NCBI GenBank assembly: GCA_963662545.2
Contig: CAXXLL010000003.1
Span: forward strand, 960,001-1,024,000
Length of the DNA: 64,000 nucleotides
Direction: 5' to 3'
Source of the DNA: Gammaproteobacteria bacterium
Lineage (GTDB): Bacteria > Pseudomonadota > Gammaproteobacteria > Ga0077536
Shown one piece after another: positions 11,683 to 22,745 of this stretch. The notes beneath the pieces are model-generated. The model was given only the letters and a program-made list of their open reading frames with translations, did no database searches and had not been told where the DNA came from. The translations under genes were made by a program, and so were the position numbers. Within the stretch, counting starts at the first letter, position 1; every line of letters begins with the position of its first letter.

Positions 11683-11988
11683 TTACCAGCTTGCTTTCAC
11701 AAGACCAGGTACATGGCCTTCCATCGCGAGTCGACGCAACTCATTGCGCCCCAGGCCGAACTTCCGGAAATACCCGTGAGGCCGCCCCGTGAGACGGCAG
11801 CGGTTTCGAACCCGGACAGGACTCGAATCGCGTGGCAGCTTCTGTAATCGAATTCGGTCTTCTTGGCGTTCTTCCGGTGTCCGGTTCTCGTCCGTAATAA
11901 GAGCTTTATATTCGGCACGCCTCGCCGCGTACTTCTTGACGAGTTTTGCTCGCTTGAGCTCACGATTGATCATTGATTTCTTCGCCAT
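11683..11988 (-). CDS. rpsN: 30S ribosomal protein S14 (long, zinc-free type)
   Basis: [10 protein letters not shown]...[12 protein letters not shown]...KASW, 101 aa. Confidence 0.99.
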   Translation of the reverse strand: MAKKSMINRELKRAKLVKKYAARRAEYKALITDENRTPEERQEDRIRLQKLPRDSSPVRVRNRCRLTGRPHGYFRKFGLGRNELRRLAMEGHVPGLVKASW

Positions 11989-11998
11989 GAAACTACCC

Positions 11999-12538
11999 CT
12001 AAGTTGTCAACGGAAAGTTGAAAGCTTCAAGCAAAGCCCGGCCTTCTTCGTCCGTTCGCGCTGTAGTCGTAATGCAGATATCGAGCCCGCGCAGCGTGTC
12101 GATCTTGTCGTAGTCAATTTCCGCGAAAATTATTTGTTCCTTTACGCCCATGCTGTAATTCCCCCGCCCGTCAAAAGCGTTTGAGCTCAAGCCGCGGAAA
12201 TCCCTGATTCGCGGGATTGCTACGCTAATCAGCCGGTCAAGAAACTCATACATGCGCGCCCGCCGTAATGTAACTTTCGCACCGATAGGCCATCCATCAC
12301 GAATCTTGAAATTCGCTATCGACTTTCGCGCTACCCGTACGATCGGTTGCTGCCCTGAAATCAACTTGAGATCGGCAACGGCATGCTCGATGATTTTCTT
12401 ATCTCCAACGGCTTCACCAATCCCCATGTTGAGCGTGATCTTGGAAATTTTTGGTACCTGCATTGCGCTCGTGTAGCCAAATTGCTCGTTTAGCTGCGGG
12501 ATCACGGTCTCCTTATAAATATCTTCCATTCTCGGCAT
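11999..12538 (-). CDS. rplE: 50S ribosomal protein L5
   Basis: PRIRDFRGL; [10 protein letters not shown]. Confidence 0.99.
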   Translation of the reverse strand: MPRMEDIYKETVIPQLNEQFGYTSAMQVPKISKITLNMGIGEAVGDKKIIEHAVADLKLISGQQPIVRVARKSIANFKIRDGWPIGAKVTLRRARMYEFLDRLISVAIPRIRDFRGLSSNAFDGRGNYSMGVKEQIIFAEIDYDKIDTLRGLDICITTTARTDEEGRALLEAFNFPLTT

Positions 12539-12556
12539 CGCCTATTCCCCCATACC

Positions 12557-12874
12557 TCAAGCGTCTATGACTTCGCCGTCGGATTTGAAGTAACGCACTT
12601 TGCGGCCATCTTCGAGCGACTTGAATCCGACACGGTCGGGTTTCTGGCTTACCGGATTGAACAATGCGACATTCGATATCTGAATCGGTGCTTCCTTTTC
12701 GATAATTCCCCCGGGGTTGCCCAATTGCGGATTGGGTTTGGTATGCCGTTTGACCAGGTTCACTCCTTCGACGATCACGCGATTGTCGGGAAACACACGC
12801 ATTACCGGTCCCCGTTTGCCACGGTCGCGCCCGGTAAGAATGTACACTTCATCGCCTTTTCGGATTTTCTTCAT
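12557..12874 (-). CDS. rplX: 50S ribosomal protein L24
   Basis: KOW motif KGDEV...GRDRGKRG; EAPIQISNV. Confidence 0.99.
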   Translation of the reverse strand: MKKIRKGDEVYILTGRDRGKRGPVMRVFPDNRVIVEGVNLVKRHTKPNPQLGNPGGIIEKEAPIQISNVALFNPVSQKPDRVGFKSLEDGRKVRYFKSDGEVIDA

Positions 12875-12898
12875 TTACTTCTCTCGCGGAACTTCTGC

Positions 12899-13267
12899 CT
12901 ATAGAACTTCCGGGGCGAGCGAGACTATACGCATGAATTTCTCACTGCGAAGTTCCCGCGTTACGGGACCGAAAATCCGCGTACCGATCGGTTGGAGCTG
13001 TTTATCGAGAAGTACGGCTGCATTTCCGTCAAATCTAATTAACGAACCGTCGGGTCGCCGAACTCCTTTGCGAGTGCGCACCACCACTGCATGGAATATC
13101 TCGCCCTTGCGAACTTTGCCGCGGGGTATCGCCTCCTTAACGGTTACCCTGATTACATCACCAATGTTTGCATAGCGGCGGCGAGATCCACCCAAAACCT
13201 TAATGCACATCAAGCGCCGCGCGCCGCTATTGTCTGCGGCGTCGAGCATTGTTTGCATCTGAATCAT
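12899..13267 (-). CDS. rplN: 50S ribosomal protein L14
   Basis: [16 protein letters not shown]...SLAPEVL. Confidence 0.99.
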   Translation of the reverse strand: MIQMQTMLDAADNSGARRLMCIKVLGGSRRRYANIGDVIRVTVKEAIPRGKVRKGEIFHAVVVRTRKGVRRPDGSLIRFDGNAAVLLDKQLQPIGTRIFGPVTRELRSEKFMRIVSLAPEVL

Positions 13268-13301
13268 GATCTATTCCAAGGCTGGTCAGAGGTTAGAAAT
13301 G

Positions 13302-13568
13302 CTAGACCTGAGTAGCGCGTTCCAACACGCGCTGCAGCCGCCAACTCTTATGCTTCGATATCTGGCGACATGCCTCGATTGAAACCAAATCCCCTTCCCT
13401 ACATTCATTGTTTTCGTCGTGCGCAAGAATCTTCGAAGATTTCCGCAAATACTTCCTATAGATCGGATGAACAACACGCCTCTCAACGAGAACCGAAATC
13501 GTTTTATCCATGCCATTACTCACAACCTGCCCGACCAATGTCCGCCCGGCTTTTTTCTGCTCGTTCAT
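13302..13568 (-). CDS. rpsQ: 30S ribosomal protein S17
   Basis: GQVVSNGMDKT; HPIYRK; AHDENN. Confidence 0.99.
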   Translation of the reverse strand: MNEQKKAGRTLVGQVVSNGMDKTISVLVERRVVHPIYRKYLRKSSKILAHDENNECREGDLVSIEACRQISKHKSWRLQRVLERATQV

Positions 13569-13765
13569 TCAGCGCCTCCCTGTTGACGCTCTCTGATAAT
13601 TGTCTTGATACGGGCTATCACACGACGTGTTTCACGTACTTCGCTAGCGCGGGGAAACTGGCCCGATCCCACCTCCATACGCATATTGAACTGCTTGCGA
13701 CGCATTTCCAGGAGGGTCGCCGTAAGTTCTTCGTCGTTCTTACTACGGAGTTCGTTCGCTTTCAT
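13565..13765 (-). CDS. rpmC: 50S ribosomal protein L29
   Basis: MKANELR...IARIKT; S10 operon position. Confidence 0.98.
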   Translation of the reverse strand: MKANELRSKNDEELTATLLEMRRKQFNMRMEVGSGQFPRASEVRETRRVIARIKTIIRERQQGGAE

Positions 13766-14178
13766 TACAACACCGTGCGCGTCGCAAAAGCCGTGCGTAC
13801 AGGCAGTTTGGCGCTCGCCAGTCGCAGTGCTTCGCGCGCGATTTCTTCGGTAACGCCTTCCATTTCGTACAGAATGGTTCCGGGCTTAACCTGGGCGACC
13901 CAATATTCAACGTTTCCTTTTCCTTTTCCCTGGCGGACTTCCAAAGGCTTTTTCGATATCGGTTTGTCAGGAAATATGCGTATCCACACTTTCGCACCGC
14001 GCTTGACGTAACGGGTGATCGCTCGACGAGCGGCTTCAATCTGGCGCGCAGTAACACGCCCGCGTGCAGTCGATTGCAGTCCATATTCGCCAAAACACAC
14101 ACGGTTGCCACGCGACGCCAATCCGCGATTTCGCAGCTTCTGTTGTTTTCGGTATTTGGTTGTCTTGGGTTGCAGCAT
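13765..14178 (-). CDS. rplP: 50S ribosomal protein L16
   Basis: MLQPK...WIRIFPDKP...GKGKG. Confidence 0.99.
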   Translation of the reverse strand: MLQPKTTKYRKQQKLRNRGLASRGNRVCFGEYGLQSTARGRVTARQIEAARRAITRYVKRGAKVWIRIFPDKPISKKPLEVRQGKGKGNVEYWVAQVKPGTILYEMEGVTEEIAREALRLASAKLPVRTAFATRTVL

Positions 14179-14208
14179 CGGTCACGCTCCTGACATTCGC
14201 CGGCCTTC

Positions 14209-14883
14209 TCAGGCCGCCGAGCTTTCGGTTTCTTCTTCCTCGGGCTCAGCAGTTTCCGGCACGATCTCTCCTTTGAATATCCATACCTTCACGCCGATGA
14301 CACCGTATGTCGTGTGCGCTTCTGCGAGACCGAAATCGATATCGGCGCGCAAGGTGTGAAGCGGCACGCGCCCTTCCCGATACCATTCCGAGCGCGCTAT
14401 TTCGGCTCCATTGAGCCTTCCTGCGACGCCTATTTTTATACCCTGTGCACCCAGCCTCATGGAGTTCGAAACGGCCCGCTTCATCGCGCGCCGGAACATA
14501 ATTCTGCGTTCGAGTTGTTGTGCTACTGATTCGGCTACGAGGTAGGCGTCTAGTTCGGGTTTGCGGATCTCCTCCACGCTGATATGGGCCGGAATACCCA
14601 TGAGCTCCGATACCTGCTTGCGCAGCGATTCGATATCTTCACCCTTTTTCCCTATCACGATACCGGGACGGGCAGTGTGAATGACGATTCGGGCATTATT
14701 TGCGGGCCGTTCGATTTGAATTCTGCTGACCGAAGCATGCGCAAGCTTCTTCCGCAAAAAGGCTCGGACGGAAAGATCGAGATTGAGATAATCTGCATAG
14801 TGTTTAGTGTCGACGTACCAGGTAGATGTCCAGTCTGTGACGATACCCAATCGAAAGCCGTACGGATGAACTTTTTGTCCCAT
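14209..14883 (-). CDS. rpsC: 30S ribosomal protein S3
   Basis: [13 protein letters not shown]; [13 protein letters not shown]. Confidence 0.99.
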   Translation of the reverse strand: MGQKVHPYGFRLGIVTDWTSTWYVDTKHYADYLNLDLSVRAFLRKKLAHASVSRIQIERPANNARIVIHTARPGIVIGKKGEDIESLRKQVSELMGIPAHISVEEIRKPELDAYLVAESVAQQLERRIMFRRAMKRAVSNSMRLGAQGIKIGVAGRLNGAEIARSEWYREGRVPLHTLRADIDFGLAEAHTTYGVIGVKVWIFKGEIVPETAEPEEEETESSAA

Positions 14884-14890
14884 GTCCTCG

Positions 14891-15226
14891 CTACCCTTCC
14901 TGTTCGACCGAAATCGTTACGTGGCACGTGCGCTTGAGAATCTTGGCCGCTCGGCCGCGCGCGCGTGCGCGCCAGCGCTTCATCGTCGGACCCGCGTCTA
15001 CTGAAATGTGCGATACAGTCAGTTCGTCAACATCTGCGCCGTCGTTATGCTCCGCATTGGCAATCGCAGACTCCAACACTTTCTTCACTATGCCAGCTGC
15101 CTTCTTGCTACTGAAAGTCAGCAAATTGATCGCTTGATCGACTGGCAAGCCTCTTATTTGATCCGCGATTAGCCGGACCTTCTGAGGCGCGATCCTCGCT
15201 TTTCTAAGTTTCGCTACTGTTGCCAT
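14891..15226 (-). CDS. rplV: 50S ribosomal protein L22
   Basis: SAIANAEHN; RARGRA. Confidence 0.99.
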   Translation of the reverse strand: MATVAKLRKARIAPQKVRLIADQIRGLPVDQAINLLTFSSKKAAGIVKKVLESAIANAEHNDGADVDELTVSHISVDAGPTMKRWRARARGRAAKILKRTCHVTISVEQEG

Positions 15227-15247
15227 TTCTGATCGCCTGCACGGCCG

Positions 15248-15520
15248 CTATTTGGTTTTCCGGTCCGCCGCGTGGCCGCGAAAGGACCGGGTCGGAGCAA
15301 ATTCGCCGAGCTTATGTCCAACCATGTTCTCGTTTATGTAGACCGGCATGTGCTGCCGGCCGTTGTGAACCGCTATTGTCAGCCCAATCATGTCCGGAAT
15401 AATCATCGAACGTCGCGACCAGGTCTTTACCGGCCGCTTGTCGTTTATAGCGCGTGCCTCTTCGACTTTTCGCAACAGATGATGGTCGATGAACGGGCCT
15501 TTCTTAATGGAACGTGGCAT
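15248..15520 (-). CDS. rpsS: 30S ribosomal protein S19
   Basis: [10 protein letters not shown]; [11 protein letters not shown]. Confidence 0.99.
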   Translation of the reverse strand: MPRSIKKGPFIDHHLLRKVEEARAINDKRPVKTWSRRSMIIPDMIGLTIAVHNGRQHMPVYINENMVGHKLGEFAPTRSFRGHAADRKTK

Positions 15521-15534
15521 GTCGAATTCCCTGC

Positions 15535-16365
15535 CTATCGCTTAGAAGAACGCCGGCGGATGATGAGATGATCAGTGCGTTTGTTCTTGCGGGTCTTATG
15601 CCCCTTGGTCGGCTGTCCCCACGGGCTGACCGGGTGGCGGCCGCCGGAACTGCGTCCTTCGCCTCCGCCATGCGGATGATCAACCGGATTCATCGCAACT
15701 CCCCGCACGGTAGGACGCACCCCGCGCCAACGGTTTGCACCGGCTTTCCCGAGCGAACGAAGTCCATGCTCGTGATTTCCTACCTCGCCAATGGTCGCCC
15801 GGCATTCAATCGGTACTTTGCGCATTTCACCAGAGCGCAGTCTCAGGGTTGCGTACCCTCCCTCACGCGCCATGTACTGCACGGTTGCACCCGCGCTGCG
15901 AGCTATCTGAGCACCCTTTCCGGGCTTGAGTTCGATGCAGTGAATCAAGGTTCCGACGGGGATATTTTTCAAGGGCAGGCAGTTTCCGGCCTGAATGGGT
16001 GCGTCGGCTCCGGAACGTAAGCTGGCGCCCGGCTGCAGGCCTTTGGGCGCGATGATGTATCGGCGTTCACCGTCTTCGAACAACAACAATGCGATGTGAG
16101 CCGAACGGTTGGGATCATATTCGATGCGCTCGACTTTGGCGTTAATACCATCCTTGTTGCGCTTGAAGTCGATAATACGGTAGCGCTGCTTATGTCCGCC
16201 GCCCCGGTGCCGGACGGTTATACGGCCATTGTTGTTGCGCCCGGATTTACGCGACTGGTGCTCCAGCAGCGGGCGATGGGGTGCGCCCTTGTGCAAATCG
16301 GGCGTAGAAACGGATACGACCGCACGGCGACCGGGAGAGGTGGGCTTTGCTTTCCTTAATGTCAT
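15535..16365 (-). CDS. rplB: 50S ribosomal protein L2
   Basis: [12 protein letters not shown]; [13 protein letters not shown]. Confidence 0.99.
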   Translation of the reverse strand: MTLRKAKPTSPGRRAVVSVSTPDLHKGAPHRPLLEHQSRKSGRNNNGRITVRHRGGGHKQRYRIIDFKRNKDGINAKVERIEYDPNRSAHIALLLFEDGERRYIIAPKGLQPGASLRSGADAPIQAGNCLPLKNIPVGTLIHCIELKPGKGAQIARSAGATVQYMAREGGYATLRLRSGEMRKVPIECRATIGEVGNHEHGLRSLGKAGANRWRGVRPTVRGVAMNPVDHPHGGGEGRSSGGRHPVSPWGQPTKGHKTRKNKRTDHLIIRRRSSKR

Positions 16366-16369
16366 CGTT

Positions 16370-16672
16370 CTAACCCGTATCGCCCGCCATGAAATCGATT
16401 TCGAATCCTTTCTTGAGCTTTACGTAGGCTTTCTTCCATGCGTCGTGTACGCCGGGCCGGCCTTTAAAAGTCCTCAGCCGTGAAGGAACCGTTAAAGTCG
16501 TGACTGACTCGACCTCCACTTTGAACAACTGCTCAACCGATGCCTTAATCTCAGGCTTTGTTGCATTCATCAATACTTTGAAGGTGTACTGGCGGTGCAG
16601 ATCTGCAATCCGCGTACCCTTCTCGGAGATCTTGGGTTCCAACAAGATCTGGAACAGACGCTCCTGGTTCAT
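16370..16672 (-). CDS. rplW: 50S ribosomal protein L23
   Basis: [14 protein letters not shown]; WKKAYVKL. Confidence 0.99.
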   Translation of the reverse strand: MNQERLFQILLEPKISEKGTRIADLHRQYTFKVLMNATKPEIKASVEQLFKVEVESVTTLTVPSRLRTFKGRPGVHDAWKKAYVKLKKGFEIDFMAGDTG

Positions 16673-17286
16673 TTGAGTGCCGCCTCCAGCCCAGCCACCG
16701 CTTTGACCGTGATGACCAACTTATCGTATGAAACGAGAGCAACCGGATCGATCGACGCGACTTCAATCACGTCGACGCGCGGAATATTTCGGACTGCCAG
16801 GTAAAGATTTTCGGTCAGGTCGTCCGTCACGATCAGTACATCGTCGACACCCAGCGCATCCAGCGCTTGTTTCGCGAGCTTGGTTTTCGGCTGCTCGATG
16901 TTGAAACTATCGACGACCAGGAGTCGGTCCTGGCGAATCAGTTCCGATACGATGGATCGCAGGGCACTGCGATACATTTTGCGATTGACTTTCTGGTCGA
17001 ATTTTCGAGGTTTTGCGGCAAACGCCCGGCCGCCACCACGCCATATTGGACTACGAATCGTACCGGCGCGCGCGCGTCCCGTGCCCTTTTGGTTCCACGG
17101 TTTCGTGCCGCCCCCGCGTGCTTCAGAACGCGTTTTCTGAGCCTTGGTACCCTGCCGCCCGCCCGCCAGATAGGCCGTCACGACCTGGTGAACGAGCGGT
17201 TCGTTGTATTCGCGCGCGAACACGTCGTCGGAGAGCGCGATTTGCCCACCCTTCCCCTTATCAAACGTGTGCAATTGAAGTTCCAT
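16669..17286 (-). CDS. rplD: 50S ribosomal protein L4
   Basis: [17 protein letters not shown] at 17286 is preferred over 17295. Confidence 0.99.
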   Translation of the reverse strand: MELQLHTFDKGKGGQIALSDDVFAREYNEPLVHQVVTAYLAGGRQGTKAQKTRSEARGGGTKPWNQKGTGRARAGTIRSPIWRGGGRAFAAKPRKFDQKVNRKMYRSALRSIVSELIRQDRLLVVDSFNIEQPKTKLAKQALDALGVDDVLIVTDDLTENLYLAVRNIPRVDVIEVASIDPVALVSYDKLVITVKAVAGLEAALK

Positions 17287-17291
17287 GTCGT

Positions 17292-17942
17292 TCAAGCTTT
17301 GCGGCGCACTTTGATGGCCGGCCGAATCATCACATCGCCACCCTTGGCACCCGGCACGGCGCCCTTGATCAGTAGCAACTTTCGTTCGGTGTCGACCCGA
17401 ACGACTTCCAGGCCTTGAATCGTCCGGCGCTTATTGCCCATCTGTCCCGCCATACGCTTGCCTTTGAAAACGCGTCCCGGCGTCTGACATTGCCCAATCG
17501 CCCCGGGCACACGATGCGCGAGTGAATTGCCGTGGGTCGCGTCCCCCATATGGAAGTTGTGGCGCTTGACTACCCCGGCGAAGCCTTTGCCGATCGTGGT
17601 TCCGCTAACGTCAACGCGTTGGCCTGTTTCGAAAATGTCGACCCCTATTTCCGCACCAACTTCAAGCTTGCTGCCCTCGTCTCCGTCGATGCGAAATTCC
17701 CACAAACCGATTCCCGCCTTGACTCCAGCCTTTTTGAATTCGCCCGCCAGGCATTGGTTAATACGATTCTGATGTTTTTCACCTACCGTAACTTGCACGG
17801 CACGATAACCATCAGAATCTTCTGTCTTAAGACGCGTAACACGATTTGGATCGACCTCGATCACCGTGACCGGGATCGAAACCCCATCTTCGGTGAAGAT
17901 GCGCGTCGATCCACATTTGCGTCCGATTAAACCCAGGCTCAT
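17292..17942 (-). CDS. rplC: 50S ribosomal protein L3
   Basis: [10 protein letters not shown]; [13 protein letters not shown]. Confidence 0.99.
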   Translation of the reverse strand: MSLGLIGRKCGSTRIFTEDGVSIPVTVIEVDPNRVTRLKTEDSDGYRAVQVTVGEKHQNRINQCLAGEFKKAGVKAGIGLWEFRIDGDEGSKLEVGAEIGVDIFETGQRVDVSGTTIGKGFAGVVKRHNFHMGDATHGNSLAHRVPGAIGQCQTPGRVFKGKRMAGQMGNKRRTIQGLEVVRVDTERKLLLIKGAVPGAKGGDVMIRPAIKVRRKA

Positions 17943-17950
17943 TACGGCTC

Positions 17951-18262
17951 CTAATTCAACTTGATCTGCACATCGACGCCTGCGGCAAGGTCGAGCTTCA
18001 TAAGAGCATCCACTGTTTTTTCCGTAGGATTGACGATATCAATCAGTCGCTTGTGAGTTCTGATTTCATATTGGTCTCGCGCGTCCTTATTGACGTGCGG
18101 GCTGGTCAATACGGTGAAGCGCTCCTTTTTCGTTGGCAGCGGGATCGGACCTTTAACCTGCGCGCCGGTACGTCTGGCTGTTTCGACGATCTCTTTGGTC
18201 GACTGATCGATCAACCGATGGTCGAAGGCCTTGAGCCTGATTCTGATTATTTGCTGATTCAC
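17951..18262 (-). CDS. rpsJ: 30S ribosomal protein S10
   Basis: [14 protein letters not shown]; GPIPLPT. Confidence 0.99.
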   Translation of the reverse strand: MNQQIIRIRLKAFDHRLIDQSTKEIVETARRTGAQVKGPIPLPTKKERFTVLTSPHVNKDARDQYEIRTHKRLIDIVNPTEKTVDALMKLDLAAGVDVQIKLN

Positions 18263-18280
18263 TCGAAACCTTCCCGCTTC

Positions 18281-19471
18281 CTATTCAATAACCTTGGCTA
18301 CGACGCCCGCCCCAACTGTGCGCCCGCCTTCCCGGATCGCGAAGCGCAAGCCGTCCTCCATCGCGATCGGCGCGATCAATTTCACCGTGATCTTCACGTT
18401 GTCTCCAGGCATCACCATCTCCACGCCCTCCGGCAACTCCACCGCGCCCGTCATGTCCGTCGTCCGAAAATAAAACTGCGGCCGGTAGTTCGCGAAAAAC
18501 GGCGTGTGTCGCCCGCCTTCGTCTTTCGACAAGACGTATACCTCCGCCTCAAAATGCGTGTGCGGATTCACCGAACCCGGCTTGCACAACACCTGACCAC
18601 GCTCCACTTCTTCTCGCTTCGTACCCCGTAACAAGATGCCCACGTTGTCTCCCGCCTGACCTTCGTCCAGCAGCTTGCGGAACATCTCAACTCCCGTACA
18701 CGTCGTCTTCTTCGTCTCCTTGATGCCCACAATCTCGATCTCCTCACCGACCAAGATCTTGCCCCGCTCGACGCGCCCCGTCACCACCGTCCCGCGTCCC
18801 GATATCGAAAATACATCCTCAATCGGCATCAAAAACGGCAGGTCCACCAGGCGCTCCGGGATCGGGATGAATTCATCCATCGCCGCCACCAGCTTCTCAA
18901 TCGACGGGCGACCCAACTCTCCCTCGTCACCCTCCATCGCCTTCAGCGCACTGCCCACGATCACCGGCGTGTCGTCGCCCGGAAACTGGTAGGCGTCCAG
19001 TAGTTCTCGTACCTCCAGCTCCACCAGCTCCAGCAATTCCGCGTCGTCCACCATGTCCGCCTTGTTCAGGTACACCACGATCTTCGGTACACCCACTTGA
19101 CGCGCCAGCAATATGTGCTCCCGAGTCTGCGGCATCGGACCATCCGCCGCGCTGCACACCAGGATCGCGCCGTCCATCTGCGCCGCACCCGTGATCATAT
19201 TCTTTACGTAATCCGCGTGACCCGGACAATCAACATGCGCGTAATGACGTGATTCGCTTTCGTATTCCACATGCGCCGTCGCTATCGTGATCCCGCGCTC
19301 CCGCTCTTCCGGCGCGTTATCGATCTGAGCGTAGTTCTTCGTCTCGCCGCCGAACTTTTCCGCCGACACCATCGTCAATGCCGCCGTCAACGTCGTCTTA
19401 CCATGATCTACATGACCAATCGTACCCACATTCAGATGCGGCTTCGTTCTTTCAAATTTTGCCTTGGACAT
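18281..19471 (-). CDS. tuf: Elongation factor Tu (str-operon copy, tufA position)
   Basis: [18 protein letters not shown]; follows fusA. Confidence 0.99.
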   Translation of the reverse strand: MSKAKFERTKPHLNVGTIGHVDHGKTTLTAALTMVSAEKFGGETKNYAQIDNAPEERERGITIATAHVEYESESRHYAHVDCPGHADYVKNMITGAAQMDGAILVCSAADGPMPQTREHILLARQVGVPKIVVYLNKADMVDDAELLELVELEVRELLDAYQFPGDDTPVIVGSALKAMEGDEGELGRPSIEKLVAAMDEFIPIPERLVDLPFLMPIEDVFSISGRGTVVTGRVERGKILVGEEIEIVGIKETKKTTCTGVEMFRKLLDEGQAGDNVGILLRGTKREEVERGQVLCKPGSVNPHTHFEAEVYVLSKDEGGRHTPFFANYRPQFYFRTTDMTGAVELPEGVEMVMPGDNVKITVKLIAPIAMEDGLRFAIREGGRTVGAGVVAKVIE

Positions 19472-19520
19472 GATTTTCTACCCTCTCGAACTGCGCTTAT
19501 CGTTCTTGCTTATCAAGTGC

Positions 19521-21626
19521 CTAATTCTGTTTAACGATGGTTTCAGCGATATTGTTGGGAGCTTGTACGTAGCGTGAGAACTCCATCGAGTAGGTCGCAC
19601 GGCCTTGTGTCGCGGATCGGAGATCAGTGGCGTAGCCGAACATTTCAGACAGTGGAACATCGGCCCGGATGATGACACCCGCCGGAGATTCTTCGGTGCC
19701 CAGCACGATGCCCCGTCGGCGATTGAGATCACCATTGACGTTGCCCACATACTCGTCGGGCGTGACGATTTCCACATTCATTACAGGTTCGAGCAAAACC
19801 GGTTTCGCCTGCCGGGTTCCCTCTTTGATTGCCATCGATCCAGCGACCTTGAAGGCAACCTCACTTGAATCCACTTCATGGAATGAACCGTCATAAAGGG
19901 TGACACGGACATCGACAACGGGGTAGCCCGCTACGATACCGTTTGCCAGAGCTTCCTCGATCCCCTTCCGCACTGCCGGGATATAGTCTTTCGGTACGAC
20001 GCCGCCGACGATCTTATTGATGAACTCGAACCCGCCACCCTGTGCGGCCGGTTCAATTTTTAGAACAACATGACCATATTGTCCACGGCCGCCTGTTTGA
20101 CGAACGAACTTACCTTCCGCTTTGAGTACCGGTTTTCGAATCGTTTCGCGGTATGCCACCTGCGGCTTACCAATGTTCGCCTCGACCTTGAACTCCCGTT
20201 TCATTCGGTCGACGATGATATCGAGATGAAGTTCACCCATGCCTGCGATTATGACCTGGCCGGATTCTTCGTCCGTCGACACCCGAAAAGAAGGATCCTC
20301 GGCTGCCAGTTTCTGGAGCGCTACCCCCATTTTTTCCTGATCGCTCTTCGTTCGAGGTTCTACCGCAACGGCAATCACGGGGTCGGGAAACTCCATTCGT
20401 TCCAAGGTGATGATCTTCTTTACGTCGCAAAGGGTGTCGCCGGTCGTTACGTCTTTCAATCCGACGGCCGCCGCAATATCGCCCGCGCGAACTTCTTTGA
20501 TATCGTCACGGCTGTTTGCATGCATTTGAAGGATGCGGCCGAATCTCTCCTTTTTCCGTTTGCCCGGGTTGTAAACCGTATCGCCCGAGTTAACGACACC
20601 GGAGTAAACGCGAAAAAAAGACAGTGTTCCTACAAAAGGATCGGTCGCGATCTTGAACGCCAGTGCCGCAAAAGGCTCGTCGTCCGATGCCTGACGTTCG
20701 CCTTGTGTCGTCCCGTCGTCGAGAACGCCCGTAATTCCCCTCACGTCAATAGGCGCTGGCATGAGTTCAATGACAGCGTCGAGTAGAGCTTGCACACCCT
20801 TATTTTTGAACGCAGATCCGCACAATACCGGGACGATTTCGTTGTTAAGAGTCCGCCGTCTCAGGCCCGCCTTTATCTCTTCGTTACTCAGACTTTCTTC
20901 ATTCAGATATTTTTCCGTAAGTTCTTCGTTCGATTCCGCAGCGGCTTCGACCATCTGCTCCCGTAGTCGAACACACTGCTCCATAAGATCGTCTGCGATT
21001 TCCCTTTCTTCGAAGCTCGTACCGAGATCTTCTTCGTCCCAGTGCAGCGCCTTCATTTTGACCAGGTCGATGACGCCTTCGAAACTATCCTCCGCGCCGA
21101 TAGGAAACTGGATCGGGACAGCGTTGGCCCCTAGGCGGGTTTTGATCTGCTCGACAACCCTCAAAAAATCCGCTCCCGCGCGATCCATCTTGTTCACGAA
21201 CGCGAGACGCGGGACCTGATATTTATTTGCCTGACGCCATACCGTCTCCGATTGAGGTTCCACACCGCCGACTGCGCAGAAAATCCCTACGGCCCCATCG
21301 AGAACTCGCAACGAGCGTTCGACTTCGATCGTGAAATCGACATGGCCAGGAGTATCAATGATGTTGATTCGGTGTTCGGGGAACTGATCGTCCATCCCCC
21401 TCCAGAAACAAGTCGTTGCGGCGGACGTTATCGTTATCCCGCGTTCTTGCTCCTGTTCCATCCAGTCCATCACGGCTGCGCCGTCGTGTACTTCACCCAT
21501 TTTGTGAGATACACCGGTGTAGTAGAGAATGCGTTCCGTAGTGGTGGTCTTCCCCGCATCGATGTGTGCCATGATGCCGATGTTCCGGTAGTGTTCTATT
21601 GGCGTTGTACGGGCCACGGCCGACAT
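19521..21626 (-). CDS. fusA: Elongation factor G
   Basis: [18 protein letters not shown]. The true start may be GTG at 21617. Confidence 0.99.
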   Translation of the reverse strand: MSAVARTTPIEHYRNIGIMAHIDAGKTTTTERILYYTGVSHKMGEVHDGAAVMDWMEQEQERGITITSAATTCFWRGMDDQFPEHRINIIDTPGHVDFTIEVERSLRVLDGAVGIFCAVGGVEPQSETVWRQANKYQVPRLAFVNKMDRAGADFLRVVEQIKTRLGANAVPIQFPIGAEDSFEGVIDLVKMKALHWDEEDLGTSFEEREIADDLMEQCVRLREQMVEAAAESNEELTEKYLNEESLSNEEIKAGLRRRTLNNEIVPVLCGSAFKNKGVQALLDAVIELMPAPIDVRGITGVLDDGTTQGERQASDDEPFAALAFKIATDPFVGTLSFFRVYSGVVNSGDTVYNPGKRKKERFGRILQMHANSRDDIKEVRAGDIAAAVGLKDVTTGDTLCDVKKIITLERMEFPDPVIAVAVEPRTKSDQEKMGVALQKLAAEDPSFRVSTDEESGQVIIAGMGELHLDIIVDRMKREFKVEANIGKPQVAYRETIRKPVLKAEGKFVRQTGGRGQYGHVVLKIEPAAQGGGFEFINKIVGGVVPKDYIPAVRKGIEEALANGIVAGYPVVDVRVTLYDGSFHEVDSSEVAFKVAGSMAIKEGTRQAKPVLLEPVMNVEIVTPDEYVGNVNGDLNRRRGIVLGTEESPAGVIIRADVPLSEMFGYATDLRSATQGRATYSMEFSRYVQAPNNIAETIVKQN

Positions 21627-21643
21627 CCTCGAAAATGCTTCGA

Positions 21644-22114
21644 TTACCAGCGGTAATGAGAAAACGCACGGTTGGCTTCTGCCATTTTGTGGGTGTCCTC
21701 ACGTTTTTTGACCGCCGAACCGCGACTCTCGAAAGCATCCAACATTTCGCCGGCAAGCCGCTGCCCCATAGATTTTTCGCTGCGTTTGCGCGCCGCGTCG
21801 ACGAGCCAGCGCATCGCCAGTGCCCGTCTCCGGTTCGGGCGAACCTCGATTGGAACCTGGTAGGTCGCACCGCCGACGCGTCGGAATTTCACTTCGACCT
21901 TGGGCTCGACGTTTTCGAGCGCCGTTTTGAAGATATCCAGCGCTTCGCCTTTGCCGCGCTGTTCAACTTCGCTCAGTGCGCCGTAGACGATTTTCTCGGC
22001 GACGGCTTTCTTGCCGCGTGACATCACCATATTGATGAATTTCGCAACGACCCGGTCGCCGTATTTCGGATCGGGGATAATTTCTCGCTTTGCTGCAACG
22101 TGGCGTCTGGACAT
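21644..22114 (-). CDS. rpsG: 30S ribosomal protein S7
   Basis: [11 protein letters not shown]; [13 protein letters not shown]. Confidence 0.99.
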   Translation of the reverse strand: MSRRHVAAKREIIPDPKYGDRVVAKFINMVMSRGKKAVAEKIVYGALSEVEQRGKGEALDIFKTALENVEPKVEVKFRRVGGATYQVPIEVRPNRRRALAMRWLVDAARKRSEKSMGQRLAGEMLDAFESRGSAVKKREDTHKMAEANRAFSHYRW

Positions 22115-22147
22115 GGTTTAGGCCTCAGTCTGGTGTGACGACGAGGC

Positions 22148-22522
22148 TTAGCCTTTGGGTCGTCTGGCGCCGTACTTCGAGCGCCCTTGGCGACGCTCTG
22201 TGACGCCGGCCGTATCCAGGGTTCCGCGGACCGTGTGATAGCGGACGCCTGGAAGGTCTTTGACACGGCCGCCGCGAATCAGGATTACCGAATGCTCCTG
22301 CAGGTTGTGCCCTTCGCCGCCGATGTAGGTCGTGACTTCATGACCGTTGGTCAGCCTCACACGGGCCACTTTGCGCAGCGCCGAATTCGGCTTCTTGGGT
22401 GTGGTGGTGTACACGCGCGTGCACACGCCGCGCTTTTGCGGACACGCATCGAGTGCCGGCACGTTGCTTTTTTTGTGCTGCCGCTTGCGCGGTTTACGCA
22501 CTAACTGGTTAATCGTCGCCAT
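22148..22522 (-). CDS. rpsL: 30S ribosomal protein S12
   Basis: [11 protein letters not shown]; [10 protein letters not shown]. Confidence 0.99.
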   Translation of the reverse strand: MATINQLVRKPRKRQHKKSNVPALDACPQKRGVCTRVYTTTPKKPNSALRKVARVRLTNGHEVTTYIGGEGHNLQEHSVILIRGGRVKDLPGVRYHTVRGTLDTAGVTERRQGRSKYGARRPKG

Positions 22523-22663
22523 TACCCTACAGAGTTCACTCGGTATTCCTGATTGTTAAACAGCTGATCATTCGCAAGGCCAGATCACATAACGAGCGGA
22601 TACCGAACCTGCGGCGACCGCCGCGTGAACGAGGTTCGGGATCGGGTCAGGAAGTGGCAGTGC

Positions 22664-22698
22664 AAAAAAATGACAGGCAGGGTCGCTCCCTGCCTGTC
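22664..22698 (-). terminator. Intrinsic terminator-like hairpin between rpoC and rpsL
   Basis: Minus strand GACAGGCAGGG-AGCGA-CCCTGCCTGTC-A-TTTTTTT (11-bp perfect stem). Confidence 0.85.
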
Positions 22699-22709
22699 GC
22701 AGAAGCGGG

Positions 22710-22739
22710 ATTATAAGAAGCCTAAGCTCCTGATGTCAA
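22710..22739 (-). promoter_or_regulatory. Sigma70 promoter for the str operon
   Basis: Minus strand TTGACA (22739-22734), 18-nt spacer, TATAAT (22715-22710). Both hexamers match consensus exactly. Confidence 0.85.
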
Positions 22740-22745
22740 CGGGTT

